Sequence record: NC_010821.1
DNA: 32,000 nucleotides
DNA from: Pseudomonas phage 201phi2-1
Direction: 5' to 3' (one strand)
Positions 27,392 to 32,000 of the stretch are shown here, piece after piece. Position numbers and translations under genes: made by a program. Each line of letters opens with the position of its first letter. Positions within the stretch are counted from its first letter, which is position 1. The notes below the pieces were generated by a model. The model made no database searches and was not told the DNA's origin. It worked only from the letters and a program-made list of their open reading frames with translations.

Positions 27392-28345
27392 ATGACTGGT
27401 CGTATTGAGCAACAACTGAAAGACATCCACGGTAACATTGTGGCCAACGTTAAAAACTGGATGGTTGCCAACCAATCAGTTCTTAAAGCTTACAGCGTTA
27501 CCCTCCATCAATATGGGGTGGACCATATCGCATTTGAAAATGAGTTGATTAGTCAAGCAATCGCGGTGGTAAATCGTAGCTCCACCGACGATGCTGGCGG
27601 TAATTTGCGGAGCTTCCTGAGCGGACACCTTACCTCCGATTTGGTGCCCGCACCGAACGGCATTGGCGCACTTGTGATCGAAGTCGCTAGTTCGGTGTAT
27701 AATAAACGTATCAAAGGCGTGATTGTAGAACCAAGTGACCTGACTATCGAGAAGCGCGTCCGTCATCAGGTTAAAGGTATTCTCGAGGACTCAGCAATTC
27801 CTCATGCCGACCAAGTTTTGAATCATGTGGTTAAAACCATTTGCGATTCTGGCGTAACCACTCCACGCGGGGTCGGGTTGGCGGTTCGGGCGTTCTTCAC
27901 CGCTGATCCGAAAGCAAACGTTTACCATATTGAAGCAGTGCTTTGGGAACTGGTCAGCGATGGTCTTCAACTTGAGTATAATGGTCTCACTGATCCTGAT
28001 ACCATCGCCCAGCAATTGGCTAACTTGAAACAGTTCCAGTATAGCGAAGGTGTAAATATCGTCAATATTCGTCCACTAGTAATTAAAGCGACTATGGACC
28101 CTAAACCTAAAGTCGACACCAAACCGAAGGTAGCCATGCTCGAACTCAACGAGCATTTCTATCGCACTGTGTGTAATGATGACGAGTTGGTTATCAGTCG
28201 CGAATACGGTATTCATCCAGTATCGGAAATGCCGATGCAAGGCGCCTGGGTTCTCCGTAACTACCACACCGGGGAGTTCATCGATTCGGATCGTTACTGG
28301 AATGATCTGACCGAACGTCATAACCTCGAGGTTGCAGTAAAATGA
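27392..28345 (+). CDS. Hypothetical protein (317 aa)
   Basis: SD AAGGA; ATGA overlap with the next gene. Confidence 0.6.
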   Translation: MTGRIEQQLKDIHGNIVANVKNWMVANQSVLKAYSVTLHQYGVDHIAFENELISQAIAVVNRSSTDDAGGNLRSFLSGHLTSDLVPAPNGIGALVIEVASSVYNKRIKGVIVEPSDLTIEKRVRHQVKGILEDSAIPHADQVLNHVVKTICDSGVTTPRGVGLAVRAFFTADPKANVYHIEAVLWELVSDGLQLEYNGLTDPDTIAQQLANLKQFQYSEGVNIVNIRPLVIKATMDPKPKVDTKPKVAMLELNEHFYRTVCNDDELVISREYGIHPVSEMPMQGAWVLRNYHTGEFIDSDRYWNDLTERHNLEVAVK

Positions 28346-28551
28346 GTAACGTTGAAATTCTCAATATCCCCGTAACGGGATACGTCGAAGAGAGTGTGGT
28401 TCGTAAACTCTTCCATCCAGGTGATGCCGGCCAGAAAGCTTTTGAAAAAGCTTTTCGTGGTTGCACTATGATGGTTGCTGATAACGGTAAAGTATTTATG
28501 CCCGTAAGTGATCTTCAAGACCATCTGACCTATCGTCGTCAAACCGATTAA
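28342..28551 (+). CDS. Hypothetical protein (69 aa)
   Basis: ATGA overlap with the upstream stop. Confidence 0.5.
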   Translation: MSNVEILNIPVTGYVEESVVRKLFHPGDAGQKAFEKAFRGCTMMVADNGKVFMPVSDLQDHLTYRRQTD

Positions 28552-28567
28552 CCTAAGGAGCATTACC

Positions 28568-28987
28568 ATGCAAGAAGTAGCTAATTTCAAAAAGATCACC
28601 TCCGACATTCTGTCGAACATCGAAGCACTGAAAGAGAACCTCCAGGCCATCGCTACCTCGGATAACTTCCAAGGTATACTGGACGAGCTGAATGAACTCG
28701 ACGAACGTCGGGTTACGCTGCTGGAACCGATGCTGTTGCGGGTACGTCTGCAAGAAGCATTGGATCTATGCAATGACATCAGCTTGATCGATCACTGCAA
28801 TCGCCATGACCCTGAGCGTAAGAAGGTTACGGCTTATGGCGAAAGCTGGTTGACTGCTAACCAAGCTGAAGGTCGTGTAACGATCCCAGGCATCAAGCGC
28901 ATCCGTGAATGCCTGAACCCAGCGCTGGTCAGCATTCAGGACGGCAAGCGTATTGCTGAACTGATTCAAGAAGGCAAGATCAAGTAA
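28568..28987 (+). CDS. Hypothetical helical protein (139 aa)
   Basis: SD AAGGAG before ATG 28568. Confidence 0.55.
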   Translation: MQEVANFKKITSDILSNIEALKENLQAIATSDNFQGILDELNELDERRVTLLEPMLLRVRLQEALDLCNDISLIDHCNRHDPERKKVTAYGESWLTANQAEGRVTIPGIKRIRECLNPALVSIQDGKRIAELIQEGKIK

Positions 28988-29006
28988 TTCCATCTGGAGC
29001 AAAAAC

Positions 29007-29360
29007 ATGATTGCAATTAACGCACATCTGGTAGCTGGTATCGCCTATGGTCTCAGCCTTAAGCATGACCACGCCTATGGTAGTCATTGGTTCTTCGGCA
29101 AGGAATACTACGCCGTCGAAACTAGTTGGGGCGATGGCTTGCTGCTCGACTTCATCCAACTCAAAGCTGAGGAGCTTTATCCTGAGCTGGCGAAGACTGC
29201 ATCGTTCCCTGATACCTTCTGGGCACTTTACAAAGTCCGTCTAAGCATCTTTACATACGCCGAAGACGTCAAGACCTACTTCATTCACAAACGTCGTTTC
29301 AAGCGTCACTTGAAGAAGGCTCTGATCCATAGCCGCGCCGGAAAAGGTATTAGCAGTTGA
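29007..29360 (+). CDS. Hypothetical protein (117 aa)
   Basis: SD TGGAG before ATG 29007. Confidence 0.55.
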   Translation: MIAINAHLVAGIAYGLSLKHDHAYGSHWFFGKEYYAVETSWGDGLLLDFIQLKAEELYPELAKTASFPDTFWALYKVRLSIFTYAEDVKTYFIHKRRFKRHLKKALIHSRAGKGISS

Positions 29361-29668
29361 GGCTGGCGGGTAAGATCTTTTTACCCGTTAGTTGTGTAGC
29401 CATAACCGCCATCGTGATATTCATGTTCGAGGCACGACGTCATCGGGAAGCTTATTCCGATATAAGAAAAGCAGCCGATGGTCTTGAACAACGTTACACT
29501 GAATGGCTAGACAAAACGGGTAGTCCAGTAGAAGCTTTAAGATTGGTTACTTTCTATTACGATGGCTTGATGACTCGATACGGTCCGTACCGTCATAGTA
29601 GCTTAGAAGCCGCTGAAGCTTTGGCCTATTTGGAACTCACCTTTGAATTATTAAAACGTCACCTTTGA
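29357..29668 (+). CDS. Small membrane-anchored protein (103 aa, TTG start)
   Basis: N-terminal hydrophobic segment IFLPVSCVAITAIVIFMFEARR; overlaps the upstream stop. Confidence 0.45.
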   Translation: MRLAGKIFLPVSCVAITAIVIFMFEARRHREAYSDIRKAADGLEQRYTEWLDKTGSPVEALRLVTFYYDGLMTRYGPYRHSSLEAAEALAYLELTFELLKRHL

Positions 29669-29685
29669 TGACCTGGGGAAACACT

Positions 29686-30012
29686 ATGAAACATTCAGCC
29701 ATTGCATCGTGTGTTATTGGTACCGCCTTGACAGTCGGTGCAATTGTTGGTTTGAGTGTGTGGAGCAACCGTACTAAATGGGACTCCGAAATCGCTGAGG
29801 CTACTATCGCAGAACTGAACGACGACTACAACCTCGCCATTGCAGCCCATCCGGCTGATCGCAACCGTGCTCTGTTCGCATTGGACGTAGCGGTCCGTAA
29901 ACGTCGTGGTAACTTCGAAGCGACCTACGGCGCGTTCGATGAATACGTCGACTGGGCGATTCGTTATGAAGCTCAAGTTGAAAACCTTCGCAAGGTCATT
30001 CGCAAAGGTTAA
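29686..30012 (+). CDS. Small membrane-anchored or exported protein (108 aa)
   Basis: ORF track frame 29665..30012; SD GGGGA before ATG 29686; MKHSAIASCVIGTALTVGAIVGLSVWSNR. Confidence 0.55.
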   Translation: MKHSAIASCVIGTALTVGAIVGLSVWSNRTKWDSEIAEATIAELNDDYNLAIAAHPADRNRALFALDVAVRKRRGNFEATYGAFDEYVDWAIRYEAQVENLRKVIRKG

Positions 30013-30016
30013 CGGC

Positions 30017-30048
30017 ATAAAGCCCCTCCTTGCCGGGAGGGGCTTTAT
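30017..30048. terminator. Strong, potentially bidirectional terminator
   Basis: Perfect 13-bp stem ATAAAGCCCCTCC-TTGCCG-GGAGGGGCTTTAT followed by TATTTTG, just after stop 30012. Confidence 0.85.
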
Positions 30049-30131
30049 TATTTTGTCTCTAACGAGACGGTATTAGATTCGCTCACTGGGGGTACCAGCT
30101 ATGTAATTAATATCTTTCGGAGAACGTAATT

Positions 30132-30425
30132 ATGCGTATCCAATACACAAACCCCCATAAGGGTCAGCGCTATGTAAATCAACCCAATGTCACCGCATGT
30201 TATTTAATGCGAGAGACAGATCCTGACAATCAGTTATTCGTTAGTTTACCAGACGAACGAATAATTTTCGAGGCCATCAATTACGATGGCAAATCGTTAG
30301 GTTATTTGGGTAGGTATGGCCTCACCCCTCACAAAGGTGAAGCCACGGTACAACAGGGTCACCAGAACTTAGTCCTATATGACTGTGATAACGTCAAATG
30401 GATTAAGAAAGTAACCTTACACTGA
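30132..30425 (+). CDS. Hypothetical protein (97 aa)
   Basis: ORF with ATG 30132, upstream GGAGAACG. Confidence 0.55.
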   Translation: MRIQYTNPHKGQRYVNQPNVTACYLMRETDPDNQLFVSLPDERIIFEAINYDGKSLGYLGRYGLTPHKGEATVQQGHQNLVLYDCDNVKWIKKVTLH

Positions 30426-30439
30426 TCGTAGTGTTAACT

Positions 30440-30468
30440 GTAGTGTGTTGGTCGAAACAACACACTAC
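30440..30468. other. Perfect inverted repeat/hairpin without T tract
   Basis: GTAGTGTGTTG-GTCGAAA-CAACACACTAC, 11-bp stem. Confidence 0.7.
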
Positions 30469-30537
30469 TCTACATAAGATTGTATCTGATGTATTTTATT
30501 TTCTTTATAGTTGTATTTTTATTTAAGGAGCAACAAC

Positions 30538-31065
30538 ATGACTAATGTAAATATGTCGACCATTGGCGGTATTTACGTACTGGCCTCGGAAGGTCTGTAT
30601 GGTACCGAATACTGGACTGGCGGTAATGACTGGTCCTGTGACATCAATAATGCAACCCAGCTCGGTACCGGTGGTGCCATGCACTGGATTGCCAAGCTCA
30701 CTGGTCGTGCTGTCAAAGTGAAGGCAGTCGAGATCGATGGTACTATTGACGTGATGCATTGGCCCGATATTGGTTGGGTTGTGGTTAACCATCGTGAATG
30801 GCCAGTAACCGTACACCGGTTGTACATGGTGGGCAACTATGGTGAAGGCTGGTTCTTCGAGAACGAGGGTACCGTTGAGCGTAAGCTCTGCCGTAATCTC
30901 GGTAACGGTACCTATCACGATATCACTGTCCGTGGTAAAGAGATCACTGGTTCGACCCTTCGCAGTGAAGGTGAGGCCTTTGAAAACTTCACTGCTTTCA
31001 ACATCCCCAACAAATCGAATCTGGTTTATCAGTTCGAGTTCGACCCTAAGCCAGTGGAGTTTTAA
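30538..31065 (+). CDS. Hypothetical protein (175 aa)
   Basis: ORF track frame 30511..31065; ATG 30538 has SD TAAGGAG. Confidence 0.6.
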   Translation: MTNVNMSTIGGIYVLASEGLYGTEYWTGGNDWSCDINNATQLGTGGAMHWIAKLTGRAVKVKAVEIDGTIDVMHWPDIGWVVVNHREWPVTVHRLYMVGNYGEGWFFENEGTVERKLCRNLGNGTYHDITVRGKEITGSTLRSEGEAFENFTAFNIPNKSNLVYQFEFDPKPVEF

Positions 31066-31066
31066 T

Positions 31067-31423
31067 ATGACCGAATACTATCCTACCCTAAAGGAGGTAC
31101 TCGAGTTATTGGGGGAGGATTGTATTCTTGTTGGGTCCGCTACATGGAAACCTGAAGCTGAATGCAAAGACTTTGATTTCGTTATTAACGATATCGGTGT
31201 TACTCGACTACTCGAGCACTACGGATACTATATTTATCAGGAAGCTGACACTTGGTGGCAATATATACCAATTGACAGCGCTGGCAAATGTGTTGATTTT
31301 TTCCTCGGGTTATGTAATATCGTTGACAAATCAAAGTTCCACCTTCGCCTGACTTATGAACAAGCTTCCGAATTACCATTGACAATTAAAGTCATTGGTG
31401 GCGTGGAAGTACTATCCATTTAA
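31067..31423 (+). CDS. Putative minimal nucleotidyltransferase-fold protein (118 aa)
   Basis: ORF track frame 30839..31423; ATG 31067 has SD GGAG. LVGSATWKPEAECKDFDFVIND plus KCVDFFLG fits the GS...DhD...hDh NTase pattern. Confidence 0.5.
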   Translation: MTEYYPTLKEVLELLGEDCILVGSATWKPEAECKDFDFVINDIGVTRLLEHYGYYIYQEADTWWQYIPIDSAGKCVDFFLGLCNIVDKSKFHLRLTYEQASELPLTIKVIGGVEVLSI

Positions 31424-31436
31424 GAGGAGCTTTAAT

Positions 31437-31949
31437 ATGGACATGCAAAAACTGTTTGAAATGATCAGCCGTGTTGCAGATACCTCCAATGCATTACTGA
31501 TCCCAGATCGCAGTGTCATCGTCAGTTGGATCAAAGCCACTGAAGAGCCTGAAATGTTCTTCGGTATCCCTCAACTCTGGGATATCATCGATACCTTGCG
31601 TGAGAGTACTTACTCCACGGTGAGTGAAAAACGTTCGATGACCAAAGAAGCCCTGCGCCTGATCGTTCAAGAACTCATTGAACGTCGTGGTCTGGATCTG
31701 ATGTACCGATTCCCTAATGTGGGCGCTTCTCTGCATGTAGGGGTTGTAGTACGTGATACCCACACTGGTAGCGAGGCCATCTACGGTATCCGTGATGTCA
31801 ATCCTGACGGTGAACCAACTTGGGAATACCTCCCAATTGACCACTCACGTTTCTTCGACGTCATCCAATGGCGAATGAATCATGCGTGCCGCCAAAGTAT
31901 TTACGGCTGGCATGATCCGATCCACATCAACAAACCACTGGAGTTTTAA
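31437..31949 (+). CDS. Hypothetical protein (170 aa)
   Basis: ORF track frame 31395..31949; ATG 31437 has SD GAGGAG. Confidence 0.55.
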   Translation: MDMQKLFEMISRVADTSNALLIPDRSVIVSWIKATEEPEMFFGIPQLWDIIDTLRESTYSTVSEKRSMTKEALRLIVQELIERRGLDLMYRFPNVGASLHVGVVVRDTHTGSEAIYGIRDVNPDGEPTWEYLPIDHSRFFDVIQWRMNHACRQSIYGWHDPIHINKPLEF

Positions 31950-31951
31950 AT

Positions 31952-32000
31952 ATGCAATCCATCGCTAAAGCAGTAGGTTCCGTTACCTTCCCAGAATACA
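31952..32000 (+). CDS. Start of a gene truncated by the window edge (MQSIAKAVGSVTFPEY...)
   Basis: ATG 31952 preceded by CTGGAG; open to the window end. Confidence 0.4.
   Translation, partial: MQSIAKAVGSVTFPEY

Noticed and set aside
1-32000. CRISPR array, integrase, transposase or IS element
   Set aside because: No spaced repeat array and no protein with a recognisable recombinase or transposase signature was seen among the long ORFs.

Overview
This window looks like part of a large phiKZ-like (jumbo) myophage genome. I judge this from protein architecture only; no database was searched. Three blocks are visible. (1) 1-18.1 kb is a virion-protein region: a small N4 gp49/Sf6 gp66-like ORF at the left edge, a minus-strand pair of large structural genes (1503-5506), three plus-strand structural genes (5543-8193), and a cluster of paralogous, probably prohead-protease-processed 'inner body'-type proteins (216-1460, possibly 8202-9482, then 9549-18058). 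(2) 18.2-24.2 kb holds further structural genes, with TTCG-loop terminators on both sides of the first one. (3) 24.2-32 kb is an accessory, early-like region of about 19 small tightly packed ORFs. It includes a macro-domain protein, a candidate minimal nucleotidyltransferase-fold protein and many small single-TM proteins, and two ORF groups are preceded by a near-identical 31-bp promoter-like element (ATTTAAAG-N2-TATATTAC-N4-GTGAATTAA). The most notable observation is a set of six proteins that share a short core prodomain ending in [S/A/G]-x-E|[S/A]. Cutting there predicts six mature proteins of near-constant size (292-321 aa), although the propeptides range from 60 to 614 aa. One propeptide contains 388 consecutive residues with no Lys or Arg.
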